Shown: positions 1 through 8,475, numbered from the whole stretch's first letter. The stretch: DNA of 63,383 nt, filler included, from an uncultured Methanosarcinales archaeon (GCA_964608065.1; 3 parts of 3 records of this genome joined end to end with filler, not necessarily neighbours in it); one strand, 5' to 3'. Notes: generated by a model not told the origin, from the sequence alone. Translations and numbers: made by a program.

Positions 1-2
1 AA

Positions 3-356
3 GAATATCCTTCAACAGGTGTTAGTTTTGGTGTAGACAGAATCTTTGATGCTTATAAGGAAAAAAATAAAATTGAACAAAAAACTGTTGCTAAAGTTTT
101 CATTATTCCAATACAAACCTTAAATGAAAGCCTGAAGATTGCAAAGAAATTAAGAGAAAATAACATTAAAGTTGATATTGATCTGCTTGGAAGAGGGCCT
201 TCAAAGAATTTACAGTATGCTAATAGTTTAGGAATTCCTTTTGTAATATTTATCGGAGAAGAAGAGTTAAAGCAGAAAAAATTAAAGTTAAGGGATATGA
301 AAACAGGAAACGAATCTTTATTAACAACCGAAGAAGTTGTTAAGAAATTAATCTAA
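3..356 (+). CDS. hisS: Histidyl-tRNA synthetase, C-terminal part (truncated by window start)
   Basis: Manual translation EYPSTGVSFGVDRIF...LQYANSLGIPFVIFIGEEELKQKKLKLRDMKTG...KKLI*: class II motif 3 plus HGTP anticodon-binding domain; TAA at 354-356. Not in the ORF track. Confidence 0.9.
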   Translation, partial: EYPSTGVSFGVDRIFDAYKEKNKIEQKTVAKVFIIPIQTLNESLKIAKKLRENNIKVDIDLLGRGPSKNLQYANSLGIPFVIFIGEEELKQKKLKLRDMKTGNESLLTTEEVVKKLI

Positions 357-1232
357 TTTTGTCGTAATTATTATTTTATCATCAACAATAACGGTGTGCT
401 CTGCCTGGCTAACCAACCCTTCTGATTTTTCAACTAAAGGAGCATAATCTTTAATTATCTCTAATTGTTTTAACTGTTTTAGAGCATAATTAACTTTAGG
501 CTTAGAAAACTTTGCAGTCAACCACCTTTTTGTAAAAGGCAATGATTGATAAGATTCAATTTGTTTCATAATATCCCTTACAAAACCAACTCTTACTGAT
601 TTTTTAACTACTTGAACAAAAACAGTAGCCTCTCCTTTTTCATGTATCAATCCTGCTCCTGGAGTTGCAAAAGGTTCTATTGCAATAACCTGTCCTTTCT
701 TTAACTCAGTTTCATCACCAGAATCAAAATTTGGAATTGTAGGTCTAGAATGAATATTATAAAGATCCAGGCCATGTCCTGATAAATTCCTTACAGGTTT
801 AAACCCAAAGCTTTCAATAGTCTTTCCTATAACCTTTCCAATATATCTTAACTTAGTTCCAATCTGAATTATTTTAATAGCTTCATTCAAAGCTTCTCTT
901 GAAGCCTTAACCAATTCTGAATTCTGTCCAGACAGATCAACAGTCAAAGCATTGTCTCCAATAGCTCCATCAACATGAACTCCAACATCTAGACAGCATA
1001 ACTGATCTTCAAAAACAGTTTTATCCTCAGAATCAGGACAGTAATGAGCTGCAGCATCATTCAAACTAATCTGAACTGGAAAAGCAGGCTCTGCTTTTAA
1101 CTCATATATTTTTTTTTCAATCTTATCAGTAACTTTAAGTAAAGATTCTCCTTTTTTAATCAATCCTTTACCGTACTGCAAAACTTCAGCAGCTATTTTA
1201 CCTGCTTTAATATAGTCATCCTTATTTTCCAT
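348..1232 (-). CDS. map: Methionine aminopeptidase type II (archaeal)
   Basis: AAHY, DVGVHVDGAIGD, LSGH, AIEPF and SQAEHT metal-ligand motifs with the type II helical insert. Confidence 0.95.
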   Translation of the reverse strand: MENKDDYIKAGKIAAEVLQYGKGLIKKGESLLKVTDKIEKKIYELKAEPAFPVQISLNDAAAHYCPDSEDKTVFEDQLCCLDVGVHVDGAIGDNALTVDLSGQNSELVKASREALNEAIKIIQIGTKLRYIGKVIGKTIESFGFKPVRNLSGHGLDLYNIHSRPTIPNFDSGDETELKKGQVIAIEPFATPGAGLIHEKGEATVFVQVVKKSVRVGFVRDIMKQIESYQSLPFTKRWLTAKFSKPKVNYALKQLKQLEIIKDYAPLVEKSEGLVSQAEHTVIVDDKIIITTKLD

Positions 1233-1342
1233 TTTAGGATTAGGTTTTATCCTGTTTATTTAAATTTTGTTATAACCCTTAGAGAAATCAATAAAAAGAA
1301 AAGAAAAACCTTTAAATACTTCCATAAATAAAATATCATAAA

Positions 1343-1690
1343 ATGAAACAAGAACAAAAAAAGAAAACACCCTCTACTCCAAAAGTCACACAAAAAGAGC
1401 TTGATAGATTAATAAGATATGCTACTTTAGTTCCTTCTAAAGCATTAGAATTCAAAAAAGAAGTAAGAAAAAATGTTCTAAAAGCAGTTTTAGCAGCATT
1501 TGCCTTTGTTATTGCATTAGTCTGGAGAGATGCAATCAAAGATTTTGTAAATGAAATAATAAAAAGAGCAGGTATTGAAGGCACAGGTTATATATATTCT
1601 ATAGTTACAGCTTTTATTGTAACATTGGTCTGTGTCATTGGAATAATGATTTTTTCTAGGATGAAATGTAATCAGGAAGTTAAAAAGTAA
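1343..1690 (+). CDS. Small two-TM membrane protein (DUF5654-like)
   Basis: AFAFVIALVWRDAIK motif and a second hydrophobic helix; TTTAAATA at 1311-1318 upstream. Confidence 0.65.
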   Translation: MKQEQKKKTPSTPKVTQKELDRLIRYATLVPSKALEFKKEVRKNVLKAVLAAFAFVIALVWRDAIKDFVNEIIKRAGIEGTGYIYSIVTAFIVTLVCVIGIMIFSRMKCNQEVKK

Positions 1691-1782
1691 ATTTTATAAT
1701 GTGTATATTAGTATACAAAAACGTAACATTTATATACTAGCTTTATTTCTATATTTATTAAATAAACTAAAGAGGTGTTAAA

Positions 1783-2850
1783 ATGGATTTTATTGTTCAG
1801 AACGCAATTAAACAAGCAGATGAAAATACATCTGATGTTAATATAGGACAGGCAAATATTAAAGTTGTTGGAGTTGGTGGAGCTGGTTCTAATATGGTTT
1901 CTTGGTTGTATCAAAAAGGTGTTAATGGAGCTGAAATTATAGCTGCTAACACAGATAAACAGCATTTGGATATTAGTCATTCTGACAGAAAAATCTTGAT
2001 AGGAAAAAACATCACAAGAGGTTTAGGCTGCGGAGGTTATCCTAATAAAGGAGCCGAATCAGCACAAGAATCATTACAAGAGCTAAAAGCATCATTAAAA
2101 GATTCTGACATGACTTTTATATGCGCTGGAATGGGAGGAGGAACAGGAACAGGCGCTGCTCCAGTCATAGCACAGATTGCAAAAGATACAGGATCAATTG
2201 TAATTGGAACTGTTACAATGCCTTTCAATATTGAAAGAGCAAGAATCGATAAAGCAGAATTTGGATTACAACAATTAAGACAAGTCACAGATACTGTAAT
2301 TGTAATTGATAATAACAGATTAGTAAATTTGGCAGGAAACCTACCAGTACAGCAGGCATTTGCAGTTGCAAACGAATTAATCTCAACTATGATCAGAGGA
2401 ATTGTAGAAACAATCGCAGTTCCTTCATTGGTTAACTTAGATTATGCAGATGTTAAAGCAATCATGACTAATGGAGATGTTGCTTGCATTGGTGTTGGCT
2501 CTAGTGATACTAATAACAGGGTCGAAGAAGCAGTAAAAGGATGTCTAAGCAACCCATTATTAGATGTTAAATATGATAATGCGTCAGGAGCCCTAATCCA
2601 TATTGAAGGAGGTCCAGATATGACATTAGACGAAGTAAGCAAAGCAGGAGAATTAGTTACTGAAAAACTCCATCCAGATGCTAATGTCATTTGGGGAGCA
2701 AGAGTTAGTGAAGAGATGAAAGGAAAAATAACTATAATGACAATTATGACAGGTGTCACATCACCATGGATATTAGGCAAGTTAGATGAAAAAACAAGAA
2801 AACAAGAAGCAGTAAGAACTTGCGATGAACTAGGCATTGAGATGGTTTAG
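1783..2850 (+). CDS. ftsZ: Cell division protein FtsZ (archaeal FtsZ2-like)
   Basis: GVGGAGSN, tubulin signature GMGGGTGTG, PFNIERAR and NLDYADV T7 loop; SD GAGGTG upstream. Confidence 0.97.
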   Translation: MDFIVQNAIKQADENTSDVNIGQANIKVVGVGGAGSNMVSWLYQKGVNGAEIIAANTDKQHLDISHSDRKILIGKNITRGLGCGGYPNKGAESAQESLQELKASLKDSDMTFICAGMGGGTGTGAAPVIAQIAKDTGSIVIGTVTMPFNIERARIDKAEFGLQQLRQVTDTVIVIDNNRLVNLAGNLPVQQAFAVANELISTMIRGIVETIAVPSLVNLDYADVKAIMTNGDVACIGVGSSDTNNRVEEAVKGCLSNPLLDVKYDNASGALIHIEGGPDMTLDEVSKAGELVTEKLHPDANVIWGARVSEEMKGKITIMTIMTGVTSPWILGKLDEKTRKQEAVRTCDELGIEMV

Positions 2851-2885
2851 TTTTCTTTCTTTTCTTTCTATTTTATTTATTTATT
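2851..2885 (+). terminator. T-rich archaeal terminator after ftsZ
   Basis: ttttctttcttttctttctattttattt directly after the TAG. Confidence 0.55.
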
Positions 2886-2958
2886 TAAAAACTATTGACT
2901 AATCTATTATTTCATAAGGTTTAAATAGGGTTTAATGTTCAGGTTCTGAGATAATATA

Positions 2959-3858
2959 ATGAAAATATGGATTTTAGGAAAAAAAGAATATTTTAGTATA
3001 TCTAATTTTGCTAGGTTTGTTGAAGTAGCTAAGCAGATGAATATTAACCTTAATTTAGTCTCGCCAGATGATTTTGATTTGATAATAACAAAAGATGGTA
3101 AGAAGGACATACTTCATAATGGTAAAAGTGTTGATTTGCCAGACTGTCTAATTCCAAGAACAGGTTCAGGAACATCATACTTTGCTCTTGCAGTCATTAG
3201 ATACATGGAGAATAAAAGGGTTCTAGTGCTGAATTCAAGTTCAAGCATTGAAATGGCAAAAGATAAATTAGCAACTATACAGAACCTTGTTTCAAACAAT
3301 ATTCCTGTTCCTAAAACAATGTTAGCAAAGTTTCCATTAAATATCGATATGTTTGAAAAAGAATTTACATATCCTGTGATTGTTAAAACAGTTGTAGGCT
3401 CTTATGGCAAAGGTGTTTTTTTGTGCGAAAAAAGGGCAAAGTTACAGGATGTTATGGACCTGATTGAAATCTCAAAGGATTATAGGGTCAATGTTATACT
3501 CCAGGAGTTTGTTTCAGCAAGCAAGGGAAAAGATATAAGGGTTATTGTGATAGGTGGAAGGGCAATTGGAGCAATATTAAGGACAGCAAAAAAAGGAAAA
3601 TATAAGGCAAATTATTCTGCTGGTGGAAATGTGTATCCTTTTGAATTAAACCCTTCTGTTGAATGGCTTGCAGTTGAATCAGCTAGATTATTAAATCTTG
3701 AGATTGCTGGGGTGGATATACTCTTCGATGGCAGGAGATATAAAGTATGTGAGGTGAATTCAGCTCCAGGTTATGAAGGTTTTGAGAAAGCAACTAAAAT
3801 TAATGTTCCAGAATTAATATTTGAATATGCTAAATTAAGATTAGGTAAGAAATCATAG
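2959..3858 (+). CDS. RimK/LysX-family ATP-grasp peptide ligase
   Basis: DKL, PKT, VKTVVGSYGKGV, QEFV, DIRV, ANYSAGG, GVD and EVNSAPG motifs. Confidence 0.9.
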   Translation: MKIWILGKKEYFSISNFARFVEVAKQMNINLNLVSPDDFDLIITKDGKKDILHNGKSVDLPDCLIPRTGSGTSYFALAVIRYMENKRVLVLNSSSSIEMAKDKLATIQNLVSNNIPVPKTMLAKFPLNIDMFEKEFTYPVIVKTVVGSYGKGVFLCEKRAKLQDVMDLIEISKDYRVNVILQEFVSASKGKDIRVIVIGGRAIGAILRTAKKGKYKANYSAGGNVYPFELNPSVEWLAVESARLLNLEIAGVDILFDGRRYKVCEVNSAPGYEGFEKATKINVPELIFEYAKLRLGKKS

Positions 3859-5142
3859 TTCTCTTAAATAACCCCAGTTATGCAGCCTATCACTATCTTC
3901 ATACCATCTGTCACCAATGTCTTTTCTGTAGTACATATGTGGTATTGAAATATTTCTAATTCTAGTATAAACTTGATTTTGAGTCTGCCTCATTGTCTGG
4001 CCACAACCACAAACAATCAAGACCACCCCTGAAGTTCCAGTTACAACCCATTCATCATTAACTTTCTTTACATCTTCTATATGAATCCCTTCAGTAGGTT
4101 TTTTAAAGAATATAACAGAGTCCTTTGACTTAACATCAAATGTTTTTTTATCAGTAAAAGGAAATGGAGGAACAACAATCCTTACTCCAATTTGAAAACC
4201 ATTTTTTACTTTAAGCTTAGGAGTATTTCCAGCAGCAAGCTCATATAGGAATTCTCCAATTGGGATTAACATCCCCTCATGCTGTATATTTATAGTAGGA
4301 TATCCAAAACGAGAAGTCCATTCTAAAGGATAGATGCCACTTTTATTCACAATGCAATTAATATCAATATATCCTACATAATTTTCTTCTGCAATCTTAG
4401 GTTCCATTTTTTTTAATGTCTGATTAAATATCTTGTTAGGGCCAGACCAGAACATGGCTGTTCCCATCTCTCCTGTTGAAGGCCCTAAATTTCCAGGAAA
4501 TAATTTCTTATGCTCAAAATTAACATTTATTGGATAAATAAATTCTTTTCCATTAAAGAAAGCTCCTACAGCAACCTCTACACCTATAATTTTTTTTTGT
4601 AACTGAAACAAAGGAATTTTTTTTGCCCAAGCATTTTTATAGTCATTAAGAACTTGAATAACATCCCTGCCATCATCTTCTTCTCCAATAAAAAGAAGTC
4701 CTTTAATGTTTGCTGCCTGTCCGCTTGGTTTTATAACATACTTATTTGGGTTTTCTTTAATAAAATTTATTGCATCATCAAATGAAGTAAAGTCTCTGTA
4801 CGGAATAATAGCTATTCCTGCTTTTTTTAGCTCTTCTTGACCAAAAGCTCTGTCATCTTCTAATTTATCTGTATAGGGAGTGCCCCCAATCACAAATTTT
4901 CCTTGGTCTCTAAGCTTTTTAGCTTCTGTCCCTTGTCCAAGAACATCATCAAAAACTATTACATCAGCCCAATCAACTTCTGCTTTCCAATCCTCTACTT
5001 TTGGAACAAAACCATCTGTTACTTCCTTCTCTTCCTTTTCCTTTATATAATATTTAACTTCATGACCTTCTTTAACAATTTGCCATGCAATATCCCCAAT
5101 AAGACCATCCCATGATACAAAAAGAAACTTTTTTGGCTCCAT
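3853..5142 (-). CDS. PurD-related ATP-grasp amide ligase (non-canonical N-terminus)
   Basis: LEDDRAFG, VIKPSG, EHKKLFPGNLGPSTGEMG and EWTSRFGYP resemble PurD, but the GxGGREH motif is absent. Confidence 0.75.
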   Translation of the reverse strand: MEPKKFLFVSWDGLIGDIAWQIVKEGHEVKYYIKEKEEKEVTDGFVPKVEDWKAEVDWADVIVFDDVLGQGTEAKKLRDQGKFVIGGTPYTDKLEDDRAFGQEELKKAGIAIIPYRDFTSFDDAINFIKENPNKYVIKPSGQAANIKGLLFIGEEDDGRDVIQVLNDYKNAWAKKIPLFQLQKKIIGVEVAVGAFFNGKEFIYPINVNFEHKKLFPGNLGPSTGEMGTAMFWSGPNKIFNQTLKKMEPKIAEENYVGYIDINCIVNKSGIYPLEWTSRFGYPTINIQHEGMLIPIGEFLYELAAGNTPKLKVKNGFQIGVRIVVPPFPFTDKKTFDVKSKDSVIFFKKPTEGIHIEDVKKVNDEWVVTGTSGVVLIVCGCGQTMRQTQNQVYTRIRNISIPHMYYRKDIGDRWYEDSDRLHNWGYLREL

Positions 5143-5195
5143 ATTTATAGTTTGTTTGTTCTAGTATTTTATCTTTTCTATTTTGATAACACTAA

Positions 5196-5360
5196 TTAGT
5201 ATTGATATGAGGTAATTTTTGTTTTGCTTTCTGATACATTCCATTTATTAGGGGCACATTTTTTGCAAATAAGTTCAAAACCTCTAGAGGTTTGAGTATA
5301 CCTCACTTCTTCAATCGGACACTTTTTCCTGCATTTGCAGCACATATATTGCATTTCCAT
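5196..5360 (-). CDS. 54-aa zinc-finger microprotein
   Basis: Manual translation MEMQYMCCKCRKKCPIEEVRYTQTSRGFELICKKCAPNKWNVSESKTKITSYQY*; two CxxC pairs; below the ORF-track size range. Confidence 0.65.
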   Translation of the reverse strand: MEMQYMCCKCRKKCPIEEVRYTQTSRGFELICKKCAPNKWNVSESKTKITSYQY

Positions 5361-5422
5361 TTTTTTTTTTTTTTTTTTTATAAAAAAAAAATATTAAATA
5401 GATTCACTTACATATTGTGGAT

Positions 5423-5459
5423 GGAAGGAAGGAAAGGAAGGAAGAAAAAAAAAAAAAAA
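5423..5459 (-). terminator. Poly-U/pyrimidine terminator of the micropeptide operon
   Basis: On the minus strand, T15 followed by CTTCCTTCCTTTCCTTCC immediately after the TAA of the 23-aa ORF. Confidence 0.55.
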
Positions 5460-5531
5460 TTAATCCCACTTATCATTGTCATCATTATCGTCCTGGTCAT
5501 CATCATATTCAGAGTATCTATACTCATTCAT
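5460..5531 (-). CDS. 23-aa acidic micropeptide MNEYRYSEYDDDQDDNDDNDKWD
   Basis: ATG preceded by SD GGAGGT at normal spacing; followed by a poly-T tract. Confidence 0.55.
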   Translation of the reverse strand: MNEYRYSEYDDDQDDNDDNDKWD

Positions 5532-5547
5532 TTTAAACCTCCAAAGA

Positions 5548-5586
5548 TTATTGTTCGTTTTTATCAGCTTTCTTTTTCTTTGCCAT
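5548..5586 (-). CDS. 12-aa basic micropeptide MAKKKKADKNEQ
   Basis: ATG preceded by GAGGTGA that overlaps the upstream TGA stop. Confidence 0.5.
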   Translation of the reverse strand: MAKKKKADKNEQ

Positions 5587-5597
5587 ATTGAATCACC

Positions 5598-5681
5598 TCA
5601 TTGAGCATATTTTGCTGCTAATGCAGCTTCTTTCTTTGCTTTTTTCAATTCTTTTGATTTTTTTTTTTGTTCTTTCGTCAT
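5598..5681 (-). CDS. 27-aa basic helical micropeptide MTKEQKKKSKELKKAKKEAALAAKYAQ
   Basis: ATG preceded by SD GAGGT just after the stop of the upstream ORF. Confidence 0.55.
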   Translation of the reverse strand: MTKEQKKKSKELKKAKKEAALAAKYAQ

Positions 5682-5693
5682 TTTTAACCTCTA

Positions 5694-5876
5694 TCAATTT
5701 ACTTTTGGTTTATTTTTTAGCAATCTTTCAAGTTCTTGTTTATAAAGTTTTAACATAAATTGTTTATGTGATTTTAGATTATCATTTTTGATATTTGGCA
5801 GATCATATTCTACTGTCAATATATCCTTCCTAAGAACTTCTATCCTCCTATCAAACTGTTGATGCATCTTAATCAC
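5694..5876 (-). CDS. 57-60-aa helical-hairpin-like hypothetical protein
   Basis: ORF track; GTG start at 5876 or ATG at 5867 after GGTGTGA; TTATAAA upstream at about 5896-5902. Confidence 0.6.
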   Translation of the reverse strand: MIKMHQQFDRRIEVLRKDILTVEYDLPNIKNDNLKSHKQFMLKLYKQELERLLKNKPKVN

Positions 5877-5906
5877 ACCAGAAGTATTATTTTGCTTTAT
5901 AACCCC

Positions 5907-6326
5907 TTATTCCCTGTGTTCTAAACCTATTTTATTATCTATATCTACAGCAACTTTTTTAATGTCTTCTAAAGTATTTTCAATATCTTTCTTTATTTCT
6001 TCTATTGTTGTTAAGAGGCTGTTCATCTTTAATTCGTATTTTCCATCTAATTTAACTACTAATCCTGCTTTTACCAATCTTTTCAAATGATATATGACAG
6101 AACCTATAGTTGGTTTTACTAAATCTGTTAATGCATCACTTGTTAATCCTGTATCTCCCTTTGCAGATTTAATTAAAGCTTTTAATATCTTAAAAGCTGT
6201 TTTGTCTTGGTCTCTAGGAGTAATGAAACCAAGACTATTACACAGCCATTCAATATCACGATCATTATCTTTGTCTGTTGTTTCTTTTAGTTTCCTTATA
6301 GTAAATTGTTTGAGTACTTTAACCAT
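5907..6326 (-). CDS. Winged-helix (ArsR/TrmB-like) transcriptional regulator
   Basis: LTSDALTDLV-KPTIGSVIYHLKRLVKAGLV HTH plus wing and C-terminal coiled coil; leaderless TATA at about 6352-6360. Confidence 0.8.
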   Translation of the reverse strand: MVKVLKQFTIRKLKETTDKDNDRDIEWLCNSLGFITPRDQDKTAFKILKALIKSAKGDTGLTSDALTDLVKPTIGSVIYHLKRLVKAGLVVKLDGKYELKMNSLLTTIEEIKKDIENTLEDIKKVAVDIDNKIGLEHRE

Positions 6327-6412
6327 ATTTTAATTATGATAGTAATCCATATATTTAAATCTTTCTAAAATCTTCAACCTTAAGTTAAATAATACATACA
6401 CCCTAAAATAAT

Positions 6413-6424
6413 AAAGCTTAAATA
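6413..6424 (+). promoter_or_regulatory. BRE/TATA-like promoter preceding the candidate ncRNA
   Basis: AAAGCTTAAATA ends about 23 nt before the structured segment, the same spacing seen for leaderless genes in this window. Confidence 0.5.
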
Positions 6425-6446
6425 TAATCTATTCTTTATATTTAAT

Positions 6447-6537
6447 AAAGGCGGAGCAACCCAGGAGGTGATGTACACTTCGGTGTCTTTACTATTGAAG
6501 GTTCTTAGAATTGTTCACTTGGGCTTTGACCCCTTTG
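6447..6537 (+). ncRNA. Candidate ~90-nt structured non-coding RNA, family unknown
   Basis: GC-richer island in AT-rich intergenic DNA; nested pairings AAAGG/CCTTT, AGC/GCT, CCCAG..GTGA/TCACTTGGG; ACAC-TTCG-GTGT cUUCGg hairpin; own TATA upstream and a separate TATA for mscS downstream. Confidence 0.45.
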
Positions 6538-6582
6538 TAATATTCCATAAAGTTTATAAGCATAGGCTTCTTGATTTATAAA

Positions 6583-7473
6583 ATGATAGATCTGGAAAAA
6601 ATACGGCAATTTATATCTATACCTGGATTAGGAACTGTAATCTTAATAGGCATTATCCTTTTTTTGACAGTAGCAACTCAAAAAATTTTAAAAGGACTGA
6701 TCCATAAATTCTTGGAAAAAAAAATTAGATTAATTCGGGTTGACCCAACAAGATATTCTTTTATAAAACACTTTTTATCGGCACTAATATACCTAATTGG
6801 AATAGGTATGGCCATATATATTGTTCCTTCATTAAGGTCACTGTCTGTTTCACTTTTTGCAGGAGCAGGAGTATTGGCTATAATACTAGGTTTTGCATCT
6901 CAACAAGCTTTTTCAAACATAATAAGCGGAATCTTTATCTCAGTTTCAAAACCATACAGGGTTGGAGATAAGATTAAAGTAGGAACTGATGTGGGTGTGG
7001 TAGAAGATATCACTTTGAGACACACAGTAATCAGAAACTTTGAAAATAAAAGGGTTATCATTCCAAATGCAACAATGAATAGTGAGAAAATAGAAAACTT
7101 TGATTTAGGAGACCCTAAGGTGTGCAAATTTGTTGAGTTTGGCATTAGCTATGATTCTGATGTTGATAAAGCCATAAAAATTATTCAAGAGGAATCAATG
7201 AAACATCCAGATTTCTTAGATATTAGAACTAAAGGAGATATTGAGGAAAAGAAACCAGCAGTGTCTGTTAGGGTCATTGGATATGGGGATTTTACTGTTA
7301 ATCTAAGAGCGTGGGTTTGGGCAAAAGATTCAGGAACAGCATGGAAACTTGGCACTGATTTAAATTACACCATTAAAAAAAGATTTGATAAAGAAGGCAT
7401 TGAAATACCTTTCCCATACAGAACAATAGTATACAAAAAAGATATTGTTAAGAAGAAAAATCTAAAAAAATGA
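6583..7473 (+). CDS. mscS: Small-conductance mechanosensitive channel (MscS family)
   Basis: GAGVLAIILGFASQQAFSNIISGIFI, PYRVGD, IPN, FDKEGIEIPFP; ATG 6583 preferred because TTTATAA lies at 6553-6559. Confidence 0.93.
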   Translation: MIDLEKIRQFISIPGLGTVILIGIILFLTVATQKILKGLIHKFLEKKIRLIRVDPTRYSFIKHFLSALIYLIGIGMAIYIVPSLRSLSVSLFAGAGVLAIILGFASQQAFSNIISGIFISVSKPYRVGDKIKVGTDVGVVEDITLRHTVIRNFENKRVIIPNATMNSEKIENFDLGDPKVCKFVEFGISYDSDVDKAIKIIQEESMKHPDFLDIRTKGDIEEKKPAVSVRVIGYGDFTVNLRAWVWAKDSGTAWKLGTDLNYTIKKRFDKEGIEIPFPYRTIVYKKDIVKKKNLKK

Positions 7474-8411
7474 TAGACTTATTTTACTTTGATAAAATAT
7501 TAAAAAAAGGAAACCTTAAAGATATACCCAAACTAAAAAATAAAAAAATTTGGATAGATATCACAGGTATTACAAAAGAAGAAGCAGAATTGATAAAAAA
7601 TAATTTTGATTTACACTCACTTACTATTGAGGATATTCTAAGTGACAAGGTAAGGGTAAAGGTTGAAGAGTTTCAAACTTATTTGTTTTGTGTTTTTTAT
7701 GGTATCCAAAAAACAAAAAATATTGAGTTGGTTGAAATTGACTTCATATTAGGAAAAAATTTTATAATTAGCAACCATAAAAAAGGGATTAATTCCTTAA
7801 CCGAATTGAAAAAAGATAGTGAAAAAATTGAAAGACTTTTGAGAAAAGGAGTTGACTTTGTATTCCATAGATTACTAGATAATGAAATTGATGATTATTT
7901 TCCTATATTAGAGACAATTGACGACCAGATTGAAGATATTGAAGAAGATGTAACAAAAAAACCAAGGCCGGAAATTCTATCAAAAATATTAGCATTGAAA
8001 AGACAGTTAGTATTAATAAAAAAAACAGTCTTTTCTCAAAGAGAAAAAATTTCTTTTATTGCTAAAAACCAATACAAATTCATACAGGATAAAACTATAC
8101 CTTATTTCAGGGATATTTATGACCACTCTATTAGAGTTTCAGACAGCATTGATAATTACAGAGAAGCTTTAAGTAATACTTTTGATGTTTATATGTCATC
8201 TGTCTCAAATAATATGAATGAGGTAATGAAAGTATTAAGCGTTATAGCAACTATTGCTTTGCCGTTGACAGTTATATCTAGCATATACGGAACAAACTTT
8301 GCAAATCTTCCAGGACAGCATTTTTTCTATGGTTTCTGGGTTATGATCTTGGCCATGGTTTTATTGTCTTTAGGTATGATTTATTATTTTAAGAAAAAAG
8401 GATGGTTCTAA
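7470..8411 (+). CDS. corA: CorA-family Mg2+/Co2+ transporter
   Basis: WIDI, LHSLTIED, MNEVMKVL and two C-terminal TMs; the GMN signature appears as GTN (YGTNF). Confidence 0.9.
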   Translation: MIDLFYFDKILKKGNLKDIPKLKNKKIWIDITGITKEEAELIKNNFDLHSLTIEDILSDKVRVKVEEFQTYLFCVFYGIQKTKNIELVEIDFILGKNFIISNHKKGINSLTELKKDSEKIERLLRKGVDFVFHRLLDNEIDDYFPILETIDDQIEDIEEDVTKKPRPEILSKILALKRQLVLIKKTVFSQREKISFIAKNQYKFIQDKTIPYFRDIYDHSIRVSDSIDNYREALSNTFDVYMSSVSNNMNEVMKVLSVIATIALPLTVISSIYGTNFANLPGQHFFYGFWVMILAMVLLSLGMIYYFKKKGWF

Positions 8412-8475
8412 AATGATAATAACCCCAATATTAATAATGAATAGATTTATTTAATACATATCATTTCTAAGCAAT

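Noticed and set aside
5278..5293. Perfect 16-bp palindrome AAACCTCTAGAGGTTT
   Set aside because: Single copy inside a probable CDS with no promoter context; cannot be distinguished from chance.
5292..5591. 99-aa plus-strand ORF from the track
   Set aside because: Built from homopolymer runs and antisense to the SD-led micropeptides and zinc-finger ORF; probably a shadow ORF.
6447..6537. Assignment of the structured element to SRP RNA, tRNA-Sec or a C/D box sRNA
   Set aside because: AGCA and CAGG are in the wrong order with no GNRA helix-8 loop, there is no cloverleaf with a T-loop, and box C/D motifs are imperfect.
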